From contig OX597828.1 of assembly GCA_951406725.2 (NCBI GenBank), forward strand, positions 64,356,001-64,420,000: a DNA stretch of 64,000 nucleotides, read 5' to 3'. Position 1 is the first letter of the stretch. Each line of letters opens with the position of its first letter. The notes below the pieces were generated by a model. The model searched no databases. It saw nothing but the letters and a program-made list of their open reading frames with translations, and was not told the DNA's origin. Below are positions 40,882 to 54,623 of the stretch, piece after piece. This DNA comes from Octopus vulgaris. Lineage: Eukaryota. Made by a program: the position numbers and the translations under genes.

Positions 40882-41770
40882 GAGAAGAAAGAGAAGAAGG
40901 AGAAGAGGAAGAAGGAGGAGGAGGAGAAGAAGAAGAAGAAGAAGAAAAAGAAGAAGGAGAAGACGATGAAGGAGAAGAAGAAGAAGAAGGAGGGGAAGAA
41001 GAAGAAGAAGAAGAAGAAGCAGAAGAAGAAGAAGAAGAAGAAGAAGAAGAAGAAGAAGAAGAAAAAGAAGACGATGAAGGAGAAGAAGAAGAAGGAGGAG
41101 AAGGAGGAGAAGAAGAAGAAGAAGAAGAAAAAGAAGACGACGAAGGAGAAGAAGAAGAAGGAGAAGAAGAAGAAGGAGGAGGAGGAGAAGAAGAAGAAGA
41201 AGAAGAAGAAGGAGAAGAAGAAGAAGAAGAAGGAGGAGGAGGAAGAGAAGAAGAAGAAGAATAATAATAAGAAGAAGAAAAAGAAGACGACGAAGAAGAA
41301 GAAGAAGAAGAAGAAGGAGAAGGAGGAGAAGAAGAAGAAGAAGAAGAAGAAGAAGAAGAAGAAGAAAAAGAAGACGACGAAGGAGAAGAAGAAGAAGGAG
41401 GAGAAGAAGAAGAAGGAGGAGGAGGAGAAGAAGAAGAAGGAGAAGAAGAAGAAGGAGGAGAAGAAGAAGAAGAAGAAGAAGAAGAAGAAGAAGACGAAGA
41501 AGAAGAAGAAGAAGAAGAAGAAGGAGAAGAAGAAGAAGAAGAAGAAGAAGAAGAAAAAGAAGACGACGAAGGAGAAGAAGAAGAAGGAGAAGAAGAAGAA
41601 GGAGGAGGAGGAGGAGAAGAAGAAGAAGAAGAAAAAGAAGACGACGAAGGAGAAGAAGAAGAAGAAGAAGAAGAAGAAGACGAAGGAGAAGAAGAAGAAG
41701 AAGAAGAAGAAGAAGAGGAGGAGGAAGAAGAAGAAGAAGAAGGCGGAGAAGAAGAAGAAGAAGAAGAAGA
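40757..41770. repeat. About 1 kb (GAA/GGA)-rich purine tract with higher-order units
   Basis: Recurring GAAAAAGAAGACGACGAAGGAGAA marker within GAA runs. Confidence 0.95.
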
Positions 41771-41997
41771 CGGTGTGTTTGTTAGAAGTTGATGTTAAAA
41801 TTAAAGATTCTTCGAGTTTCTGTGTTTTGTTAAGTATTTTAGTGTCACGCCCCCCTTTATTGTTCTGGCAGGAAACAAATTAACCGTTTGTTTCAGAGAA
41901 GACTCACCCCTGGGGCGGCAGCAAGTAACACCGTTTAACACCGATATATACGGATACGGAAACACAGACGGATAGAAACACATAGGCGTGGGGGCGC

Positions 41998-42032
<35 letters not shown>

Positions 42033-42120
42033 AACACACACAGACGCATATGTATACGCATATGTATATACATGCAGACTCACCTCCCAGAATACAGACG
42101 CACGTATATGTGTGTGTATG

Positions 42121-42151
<31 letters not shown>

Positions 42152-42258
42152 TTCTATTTATATACCTTTGTATACCTTTATGTATATATAAATATAAATA
42201 CATATATTTCATATACACATATACATGCACACACACACACACATATGTATATGCATGC

Positions 42259-42303
<45 letters not shown>

Positions 42304-43891
42304 CATATATACATATTTATGTAAATACACACACACAAAGCCATATTCCTCAAACCATCTCCGAATTCGGCGCAACGGGAGGGCCGTTGGTCGTCTCTGT
42401 ATCTCCATTAAACATCAATCGGATTAAAGCGACTTAGCAACATTGTTTCACTTGTGTCTGGAATTAAAGACTATCTCGTTGAATGCTGGGAACTTTACTC
42501 GCTGTGAAGATACGGCTGTTCAATGTGGATAATGGTGGAAGGGGGGGGGCGGAGTCGATTATCAACATACATGCATACATACATACATACATACATACGT
42601 ACATACATACATACGTACATACATACATACGTACGTACGTACGTACATACATACATACATACATACATACATACATACGTACATACATACATACATACAT
42701 ACATACATACATACATACATACATACATACATACATACATGCACACATACATACATATACACACGTATAGAAAATATAACCAGCATATTGTATGTATGTG
42801 TGTATATATGTTGGTTAGGTTAAAAGTCACGAAATCTTAATAACAAACGCGATAGAACCTCGTCGTTTCATGCACACAGACACACACACACACACACACA
42901 AACACACACATATATATAGATAGATAAATGGATAGATACACAAACACACATTTATACATATATGTATATACAAACACACACACACATGAATGCACACACA
43001 TACACGAACAGGCATGCCTCCCCCCACACATTTTGTGTCTTGGGAGGTTCATTTCGCTAACAATAGACACACACACTCGTTCAATTTACTTCCTTCATAT
43101 GCACAGACTGATTGATTGGTTAATCGAATAATTATGCAAAGAGTCGATTAATTAAATGTCCAAAAAGCTAACCAATTGATTAATAATAATGACTTCAGAT
43201 TTTAGCACAAGGCCAGCAATATTGAGGGTAAGTCTACTATAACGATCCCAGAGATCAAATGGCATTTATTTTATCGATCTCGAGATTTGTACAATTACCC
43301 TCCAGAAACACAATGAAATCTTTTTCTACATATAATTTCATATCAAATATCTTGTATACCAAATCTAAAAAAAAAACGACCTATATATATGTATGAATAA
43401 TTAAAAAATACATATTAAGTACAGGACATCACCAGTGAGTGAAAAATACATAAATACACGAGTAATAAGTACAGGACAAAATAGCCAAGGAAGACTAACT
43501 CCTCCTCAGTTGTCGACTCTTTATTATTAACTGTTTCGAGCTTTCAACGACATAACAGGAAAACTTCATAAGACAGCAGCATCCAGAAACATTTTTAAAT
43601 ATATAAAAGTTATGAAGAGTGGACGTACGGAGTAAGCAATCGACGAAGGGATACATTAAGGGTCGTTAGGCAAAGACGAAGTGTAATGGATAGTGCCTGG
43701 GAGAAAATTTGAAAGGATGTAGAATAAATAGAAGAGAAAAAATAGTAGAAGAGTGAAAAAATATCGAGGGGCGAGAGAAATTAAGTCCAGCTGGTAATGT
43801 TCCGTACTTAATATGTATTTTTAATTATTTATAATTGAACGCCACGCGCCCCTTGCAAACAGTAAGATTTTACCCACACATACATATACAC

Positions 43892-43961
<70 letters not shown>

Positions 43962-44080
43962 GTATATATATATATATATACCGGAGTAAACACATAAATG
44001 TGAAACAAGGTGGAAAAAAAGAGTACTCAAATACCAGTGGTAGAGTAATATGCTTTATTTTAAGCAGCAGAAAATTCAAC

Positions 44081-44128
44081 AAAATCTGTTACTCTGAGTT
44101 TCTCGTTGCCGTTCATCAGACAGTTTTT
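44081..44128 (-). ncRNA. Minimal type I hammerhead in the 3' pLTR
   Basis: AAAACTGT-CTGATGA-ACG GCAA CGA-GAAAC-TCAGA-GTA-ACAGATTTT. Confidence 0.8.
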
Positions 44129-45115
44129 GCTAGAATGGAACATATATATTAATTCAATCTATACTCTTACAAACGCTACACCTTTAAAAAGAAATGGACT
44201 TGTTTGATTGGCCCTTTAGAAAAAACGGTCAATCTTCGAGCGATAAACAAAAAGGTCAAAAATATATGTATATATATATAAAAAAACTTATAAAAATTAT
44301 AAAATCCGAGGAAAAAACCTATTGCCGTTAATGAAGACAGTACAAATTAATGCATAGAAATTAAACCTGTTATAAATACTGCAATACATATTTATATTAA
44401 AATCCACATATATATATATCAACATACACAAAAGGATGCGCGTAAACGCCATACATACATATACAGACGTATGAATATGAATCTAAATTATACACATAAA
44501 AGCATGTGTACATATATTCACGCAAACCGTCTCGCACGCAAGCTAAAATTCATCTATGTAGCAATTCTCATATACTGAGCAAGGAGGGGGAACGAAAGAA
44601 AGGGAAAGAGAGAAAAAGGAACGAAGGAGGGTGGGGAAAAAACTTGTAGCGATATTATTGGCATCTATAGAGGCCAGTATACATATACAAGTTTGAATTG
44701 ATACATATACATACCGTCGTGTGTATGCGTGCTTAAGCACAAGCATACTTTCACTTACACATACACAGATACGCATGCTTACAAATACATATACTTTGCT
44801 ATACACAAACTTATATAAACATTCTAAATTTGACAACATTGCTTTTTTAAAAAAAACATTGCTTTTAAAAAATGGGTGCATTAATAAAAATATATACGAA
44901 AGACATATAAAATAAAATATAACATCCTATTTTGGGTCATTTATAAATAATCAAGGTAATATAAATAATCAAGGTAATCTTATGCAATACAATAACATGA
45001 AAACAAAGTTTGTAGGTTTTTCCTAATATATATGTAGAAACAATAAGACTTTGCTATAGGTCCGTCGTAGCGCTCAAGAGTCAAAATCAAAAAATCAAAA
45101 TACAAAATATATACT

Positions 45116-45958
45116 CTATCCATATGGTATATTTATATTCGACATTTTAAATTTAGCCGTGTGCCTACATAAGTTCATTAATTCACTTCTTTGATTCAAA
45201 GAATTATTGTCTTTGAATAATATGTGCATTTTTTCTAATAAGCAAAGCCTGCACTTGAAATTATATTTGTAAGCTCCATGCCTGTATGGTGCCGCCCTGT
45301 CCAGAATGCTCCATGTCACGTTGAAAGGTGGGGCTTCCTTTTCTTTTAGTTCCCAGACATATTTTGCTAGGCTGGTTTTCTTTCTATTCTCTGGGTATTT
45401 AAAAGAATTCTTATGAGAATAAAATCTTGTTTTAAATGAATTTTCTGAAGCCCCTGTGTATGTCTTGTATTCCGATGAGCCTTCCACTTGCACCTTGGCT
45501 CTATAAACTACTCCTTTCACTAGACATTTCCCTTCTAACGGACAGGAGCTTTCGTTTTTGAAATTACATTTCTTAATGGGCTCGGCACCATGTCTAATCT
45601 CAATTAGCTTCCTATTATGTTGGCTAATGTAAGAGGCGAAATTTCTGCAACAAGAATAGCTAACCTTCAGGGTTCTTCTATTAAATATTCTGTAGAATTT
45701 ATGACCCTGCCTACAATGCTTAGAGACTAATCTCAAAAATTCCTTACCTATATTAGTCTTTACGGCCAAATTGAAAGCCGGGTTGAACCACAAAACTTTC
45801 CTGGTCCTAGTTCTTCGTGCAGCATTATTATTAGCATTAAGCTGGTTGAACTGGATCTTCTCCGAGAATCCACTATTCTTTAATGCGCTATCGTAATAAG
45901 GTGCAGCATTATGGAATGCTGCCTCGTCCGAAGAAATTGAAGATATTCTTCTACCTAC
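45116..45958 (-). pseudogene. 5'-truncated PLE ORF: end of RT thumb, linker and GIY-YIG endonuclease
   Basis: Open frame VGRRISSISSDEAAF...RTRKVLWFNPAF...KVSYSC...CPLEGKC...VVY...YTG...FKTRFYSH...CRLCLLEK...LNQRSEL...CRH. Confidence 0.9.
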
Positions 45959-46227
45959 ATTGCAGTATTTATAACAGGTTTAATTTCTATGCATTAATTT
46001 GTACTGTCTTCATTAACGGCAATAGGTTTTTTCCTCGGTTTTTTCCTCGGATTTTATAATTTTTATAAGTTTTTTTATATATATATACATATATTTTTGA
46101 CCTTTTTGTTTATCGCTCGAAGATTGACCGTTTTTTCTAAAGGGCCAATCAAACAAGTCCATTTCTTTTTAAAGGTGTAGCGTTTGTAAGAGTATAGATT
46201 GAATTAATATATATGTTCCATTCTAGC

Positions 46228-46275
46228 AAAAACTGTCTGATGAACGGCAACGAGAAACTCAGAGTAACAGATTTT
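46228..46275 (+). ncRNA. Minimal type I hammerhead in the inverted pLTR
   Basis: CTGATGA 46237-46243, GAAAC 46254-46258, GTA 46264-46266, stem I CTGT/ACAG. Confidence 0.8.
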
Positions 46276-46302
46276 GTTGAATTTTCTGCTGCTTAAAATA
46301 AA

Positions 46303-46359
<57 letters not shown>

Positions 46360-46531
46360 TAAGAGAATGGTCACTATGTGGTCACTTATATTCTCTTATA
46401 TTTATTTTTGTATAAAATATTATAATATATTATAAAATATTATAATAATCCAGGTTTCTCGAGGCACTGGGCCACTTGGTGTTGAATGGACATACTATTA
46501 AATTAGTATCTAATTCTCTCACCCTTATTAA

Positions 46532-46585
<54 letters not shown>

Positions 46586-46699
46586 TGGATTCTCTCATCG
46601 AAGACGATGAATGAGGGTTCAGTAAATATCCTTCAACAATTCCTAAGCCCTGTGACACCGCATGTGTACCTTCAATCCAGCAGATGCCTTGCACACTTT

Positions 46700-47428
46700 C
46701 TCGCAAATGGTACACCTGCGTGTATTCGTTGGTTCAAAATGTCTTCTCTAGTGGACAGCGAACCCAGCTTTGCTTCGTGCGTTAAACCCTCAGTGACACA
46801 CAGTCATTGTTTGGTGGATTATGCTGATGATGTATTGCTTTCAAATTTGCACGAAGGGCGTCCCTATGACGAAGACGGTTACTTTCAAATTCTCTAGTCT
46901 TTAGAAAACACATTTTCCTCCTTTTGCTGCGAGCCCCTGCTGCACTCTCCCAGGAGCTCAGAGCAATGTCACAACGCTTCAGATTATCTTTTAGTTTGTC
47001 CTTGTAACGAAGAAGAGGACGCCCTGTTGGACGGGAAGAATTTGTCAATTGCCCATAAAAAAGCTGCTTTGGAACCCTTGAGTCATCCATTCTTACGAGA
47101 TGACCGCATTTGTATCTTAATCAAAAATGTTTCAATACCAGTGATCTCACACTTTTCCAGCAACTCACTATTTCGAACACGATCTTGCCATTTAACATTG
47201 CAAATAGAACGAAGACATCTCATATGGAAGGAATCAAGCTGATTGATATGCTTGCGAAACAAGGTCCAGGTTTCGGCACCATACAGAAGAGTAGATAGCA
47301 CAACAGATTTGTAGACTGCTACTTTTACTTTCAGAGACACATCGTGGCTGTTCCAGAGTCTGTGTCGCAATCTACCAAATGCTTCACTTGCTTTATTGAT
47401 TCTGCTTTGGATATCTTTTTCAAATTTT
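46700..47428 (-). mobile_element. RTE-clade (BovB-like) LINE 3' fragment
   Basis: [13 protein letters not shown]...[13 protein letters not shown]...[22 protein letters not shown]; [15 protein letters not shown]...GRPLLRYKDKLK. Confidence 0.9.
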
Positions 47429-47443
47429 GCATATATATATATG

Positions 47444-47531
<88 letters not shown>

Positions 47532-47566
47532 TATATATATACATATATATATATATGTATACATAC

Positions 47567-47642
<76 letters not shown>

Positions 47643-47897
47643 GTATATATATATATAAATATATATATTTATATATATGTGTATGTTTGTGTATAGAAGA
47701 ATATATCACTCAAAGAAATTCCAACTTTGATTTTTCACATTTTACAATCTTATAATAATAAAAGATAAGATAAGATAATATAATGAAATGATACAATATG
47801 AAATGTCCATTCTGATTGAACTGATTAAGCTTGGCAATCTTCAGGTTCATGTGGTAGCATTGGTGACAGTTATGTTTTACAATTTACAACTATATAT

Positions 47898-47959
<62 letters not shown>

Positions 47960-48260
47960 GACGGACTTTCAGTTTCCACCAACCAATTCCTCTCTCATGG
48001 CTTGGTCGTGCCAGGGCCAGGCAGTGGGACTGAACTCGGGACCCTGTGGTCGGGAAGCAAATATCTTCCTAGACATCCACTCCTGCGCCTATAAGTGTAT
48101 ACACAAATGCTAGTCCATATTCGATTACACTTGAATATATTTTCGTTCCATCAACCCTTTCGATATAAACATTATTTACGATTGTTCCTTTATCATACTT
48201 GAATACGTGATAGACTGATTATGGCGCCTGTTTGTGTATACGTATATATACGTGTGTGTG

Positions 48261-48298
<38 letters not shown>

Positions 48299-48352
48299 CA
48301 CGTAATATTATATTGCATTATATTATAGTACAGTGTTCTCGAGCCCACTCAC

Positions 48353-48460
48353 CTGAAGATGTGAGGGTACACAGATATTGTTGGATCATATAAATGCAAG
48401 AATGTGTACAGCACTGCAAAAGTTCAGCAATTCCGAGCTGGTGCCAATGCACGGAAACAA
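48353..48460 (-). other. Candidate exon (108 bp)
   Basis: Consensus donor CAG|GTGAGT; acceptor TTTAATCTTAATCGCAACAG|. Confidence 0.3.
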
Positions 48461-48767
48461 CTGTTGCGATTAAGATTAAAGCCTGTTCATTCCATCTTTT
48501 TGTATTATAATTTTTTGTATGTATTCTGAGGATATTAATGGATTTCCAAATATGTATCCAATTAAAGAGAATTCCTGCTTTATGATACCATATGGTAGCC
48601 GATACTCATGGAGAAGCTTTGTAAATTATGGCCTACGGTTATAACTCATATATGAAACACATCGTGCGCGCATACACATACACATATACACACACCCATA
48701 TACATATAAATATATACACACACATACGTATATAGTGATACATAAGTGTATATGTGTATGTAAGTAG

Positions 48768-48836
<69 letters not shown>

Positions 48837-48999
48837 ATGAAATGGATAAATGAATTATCTTGTTACGGATTCTTCAAAGCTGCAGAATGGTCTCCTTATT
48901 CAATCCGAATTTGGGAATTTGCAGCCTTTGAAACATGTGTAGAAAATAATAAAAAGGAATTTTGTAGAATCTTCGTTCGGTTCCATTTCTTCCCTTCAC

Positions 49000-49067
<68 letters not shown>

Positions 49068-49535
49068 TATGCATATGAATGTGTATATACATATACCAGC
49101 CAAGATGTTAGGTACGTTGTTGTGTGCGACTTGGTAGTGAAACCTGTCATGTTTCCGATGGCACCGTTCTGACAATTCTGTTGGTCTGCTGCTGTCACAG
49201 TTGGTCACGTGTCGCAATGACGATGATGGCCCAAGTAGCTAAAGAAATATTGGCATCAATGGTGCCGATAGGTGAGGAGACGCCGCGTGGCGCACAAGCA
49301 CGGCACGTGTCACTTGACACACACACACACACACATAAGTTTGAGAGAGAGAGGGACAGCAGTGATATAGGTGTTGATCAAAAATACTTCAACTTATCCG
49401 GTGGTCAGCCAAGATATGGCGGATGTGGTGGAGAGGAGAAACTAAAGAAAACGCGAGCGGGGCACTGGAAGTGGGTGGGTGGAATTTCTTGTGGCAGCAG
49501 CAGCAGCAGTAGTAGTAGTCATCGTCGTCGTAGTT

Positions 49536-49586
<51 letters not shown>

Positions 49587-50135
49587 ACAACACTAGAGAT
49601 ATCGTGGAGAAGTATGTTTTTATTGAGTTGCGCATGAATCTGCGTGGCTGTTTGACCTGTATATATGGTTGTGTGTTAAAGAATCTTCCTTCCCCACCAT
49701 ATTGTTCCGGGTTCAGTCCCACTGTATGACACCTTGGGCAAGTGTTTTCTAATACAGCCCCTGCCCGACCAAAGCCCTGTGTGTGGATTTCGTAGACGGA
49801 AACGAAATACATACATACATACATACATACATACATACATACATACATACATACATACATACATACACACATATAGGATCTTTGTTATTTCCGTCACTGT
49901 TTATAATCTTAAAGTTTTTTTTTTTACTAATGAATCATATTGATGTAATTTTTGACACTGAATACAAATTTGTTATTTATTTATTCCAGAAAAAATTTGC
50001 AAACATGTTACAGGTATACAAAGTATGAAAACTTTTAGAATTATATGTATATATATATACATACATACATACATACATATATATGTGTGTGTGTGTGTGT
50101 ATATATATATGTATATATGCATATATATATATGTG

Positions 50136-50185
<50 letters not shown>

Positions 50186-50206
50186 GATATATATACACAC
50201 ATATAT

Positions 50207-50255
<49 letters not shown>

Positions 50256-50351
50256 CATATAGATATATATACACACACACACATATATATATATATACAC
50301 ATATATATATATATATATATTATTTATATTATTATATACATATACATATAC

Positions 50352-50392
<41 letters not shown>

Positions 50393-50619
50393 ACATATAT
50401 ACATATATATATATATCTACATAATCACACACATATGTATGTATGTATCTGTGCATGCATATGTATCTATGTACCTGTATATGCTGTGCATGCATATGTA
50501 TCTATGTACCTGTATATGCGTGTGTATGTATATTATTATGTATATACTTATATATATGTATATGTATGTGTATATACACTTATATATATATATATATTCT
50601 TGTGTATGTGTACTTTGTT

Positions 50620-51270
<651 letters not shown>

Positions 51271-51294
51271 GCACGCGCGTATGTATGTTTGCGT

Positions 51295-51698
51295 GTGTGG
51301 CTGTGTGTACGAAGCTTGCTTCCCAACCACACGGTTTCGGGTTCAGTCTCACTGCGTGGTACCTTGGGCAAGTCTCTTGGGAGCGACCAAATCTTTATGA
51401 GTGCATTTGGTAGATGGAAACTAAAAGAAGCCTGTCATATACAGATATATGTGTATGTGTGTCTGTCCGTGCGTGCCTGTGTGTATTTGTGTGAGTTTGT
51501 TCCCCCACCCCACCGCTTGACATCTAGCGTTGATGTGTTTACGCCTCTGTAACATAGCGGTTCGGCAAATACGACCGATAGAATAAGTACTAGGCTTTCA
51601 AGAAATAATTACCAAGATCCATTCATAAAACTAGAAATTGAAGGTTGAGCGCCAGCATGGCCGTCGTCTAATGACTGAAAGATGTAAAAGAAGAAAGA
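51295..51698 (+). mobile_element. Family B SINE, diverged full-length copy
   Basis: GTGGCTGTGTG...GGGTTCAGTC...CCTTGGGCAAGT...TAGCGGTTCGGCAAA...CAGCATGGCCG. Confidence 0.8.
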
Positions 51699-52025
51699 CC
51701 GACGACGATTGCTGGGTTTATTTTGCTTACGTTTTGTTTATCGGAACTAAAATACGATCGACTAGAAATAGTGGCCGGTATTCGAAGAAAATCTATAAAA
51801 TGATAGAATGGTAATAACTGGGACCTCTTTGATTAGAAGACCATTGCATTAATTCCTTTACAGCCGACCTTGGGCAAAACAGAGAGGAATTTTCTTGGAA
51901 ACATTCTACTTTATGGTCTTTCTAGTTCATAAAACTCTAGAAGTACAGAGTTATCTCCCTTGCAACATAAGTCACTGAGCTTTAACTGCTTTCTAGCATT
52001 TTGTTAAATATTTCAGTTGTGTTTG

Positions 52026-52067
<42 letters not shown>

Positions 52068-52307
52068 TCACATGCACACACTCACACACGTGCGCACACA
52101 TAAGCACGCGCATTAATATATGTATGAGTGTGAAAATTTACATAAAAGGATCGAAGATTCTTCCCCAGCCAAAGGCTCATAAGATGGGTTTCCCCGGTTT
52201 TGTGACATACATGTAGCACCCACTACATGTATGTATGTATGTATGTATGTATGTATGTATGTATGTATGTATCTATCTATCTATCTATCTATCTATCTGT
52301 CTTTCTT

Positions 52308-52362
<55 letters not shown>

Positions 52363-52614
52363 GATATACATATACATACATACATATATATACATACATA
52401 TATACATATATATATATGCATATATACATTCACACATACATACATACATACATACACACACACATACACACATACATATATATATATAAATGGAGTTAAC
52501 GCAGGTGTAATCAAATATTTTTACTTTCGACACATGTTTCGAAAATTTTGCTGCCCTGGTAACTATTTATTTATTTTTTCCGTGTTAATTGTTAACAAGG
52601 TAAAAATACACTCA

Positions 52615-52686
<72 letters not shown>

Positions 52687-52825
52687 TTATTTGAGGGAAT
52701 AAAATCCAAACTTACAAGGAAAAAGATTCAATTTAGAAATACTAAATCAAATTTCACACAGTATAATATATATATAAAAAATTTGAAAAAAACTCCACCT
52801 TTTATCAATTTAAAATGAACAATTA

Positions 52826-52969
52826 GCGGTTCGGCAAAAGAGACCGATAGAATAAGTACTGGGCTTACAAAGAATAAGTCCCGGGGTCGATTTGCTCGAC
52901 TAAAGGCGGTGCTCCAGCATGGCCGCAGTCAAATGACTGAAACAAGTAAAAGATAAAGATAAAAGATAA
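52826..52969 (+). mobile_element. 5'-truncated family B SINE with AATTA target-site duplication, inserted in one arm of an inverted repeat
   Basis: AATTA at 52821-52825 and 52970-52974; absent from the partner arm at 53144-53292. Confidence 0.85.
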
Positions 52970-53296
52970 AATTAAATTACACCGTCTAGAAAATTACATA
53001 TAATAGAAAAGTTAAAATTAAAATAACAATAAAATGTTAAGATTAAGTAAATTGCAAAAATAATAATAATAACGTATATAATAGACTGAGTTGTCTACTT
53101 GCCACATGAGGTCTTTTGATGGTGGTAAGAAGATTTATAAAACCTATTATATACGTTTTTATTATTATTTTTGCAATTTACTTAATCTTTACATTTTATT
53201 GTTATTTTAATTTTAACTTTTTTATTATATGTAATTTTCTAGATGGTGTAATTTAATTGTTCATTTTGAATTGATAAAAGGTGGGTTTTTTCTAAC

Positions 53297-53327
<31 letters not shown>

Positions 53328-53349
53328 CATACATACATACATACATACA

Positions 53350-53383
<34 letters not shown>

Positions 53384-53989
53384 CATATAAATCAAATAAG
53401 TAACAGGATATCAGATATTGATGCAATACGACCATTTCAGGCGGCTCGAATCGTTATTAAGATTCGAGAAAACATAAAATATCTTTCGATGACCAGCAGC
53501 CGGTTCGGAACTGCCAACTCAGAATGCTCTTAATTCTCAATCAACGCAGTCTACTGGCCACATGAGGTCTTTTGATGGTGGTAAGGAGTTTAATAAAAAT
53601 TAGAAATAAATTACAATCCCAAGACCCCCATTGTGATGCAGTCGTGCTATTCCAAAATTTTAGTTGTCTTTCTCTTAGCTTATTTCTGCTAAAGTAGTGG
53701 CAGTATGGAATTCTTTCATTCTCTAGCTCTGATAAAATATTTGAGAAAAATTATATTAATATAACTTGTCTGTTGAAAATCCATATTTTTTTTGCAAGTG
53801 AAGATGGCACTGTATTTAAATGAATGTAATGTTTGCATTGTTCGATCAAATGGAGCCTCCTGAAACGGTGGTGCTGCATTAATACCTGACATCCTATTAC
53901 TTATTTGATGTTTATTCACCTTACTTCGAGCTGACTTGGTTACCTTAACTTAGGTACCTAATTCAACTGAATTTTAATTATTTCTATAG

Positions 53990-54045
<56 letters not shown>

Positions 54046-54623
54046 ATATATACAGAAAATGGAATTCACTAGAAACTCTATTCAAAACCACTACAATTTT
54101 TTCGACTCTTTCTCGCAGCTGTAGCTCATAGTTAAGATGAAATATAATCCATTGCTTTGCATCGCAGGTGTAGAATGTGCCTCCTCAGGTGCCTAAAGTA
54201 TAACGAGAAACTTATTTTAAAAAGTCACCTGTGGAGGCGTATTCTACCACTATGATACAAGACCATGGCTCACAGAGCATCTCACATATGAGTTACAGAT
54301 GCAAGATTGAGTTGAACAATTGTAGCGGTTCTAAATAGAAAATCTCACGAGACATTCTTTTATATATTCGAGTATCCTTGGTTATGGCTTATCGCCCTTC
54401 AGAATGTTACCATTAGTTTCACGTATTTCACTTGCCGTTATCAATGACTTACAGCCTCTTTAATGATGAAGGTAAATGTACAAACTTGGTCAGTATAACC
54501 TCTCAAAATCTATTTTAGAGTATGCTTGTTTCTGAATGATGACAAATGACCAATATACTTATGCATATATGTATGTATGTATTGTGAGAGAAAGTGTGAG
54601 AGACATACACAAAATATCTACAT

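Larger units (their letters stand above)
43981..46303 (-). mobile_element. Penelope-like retroelement (probably Naiad clade), 5'-truncated with inverted pLTR, in (TA)n
   Basis: GIY-YIG ORF; arms 44053-44385 and 45959-46303 are near-perfect inverted repeats; unique tail 43981-44052; an HHR in each arm. Confidence 0.92.

Noticed and set aside
44386-45958. Selenoprotein-type Naiad (in-frame TGA plus SECIS)
   Set aside because: No in-frame TGA in the retained ORF, and I could not see a SECIS in the 3' UTR by eye.
48885-48945. Stem followed by GAAAC-ATGT-GTA
   Set aside because: The CUGANGA half is missing; at most a truncated remnant.
49124-49729. 201-aa plus-strand ORF
   Set aside because: It runs through CA, GA and TAG repeats into a SINE and has no domain.
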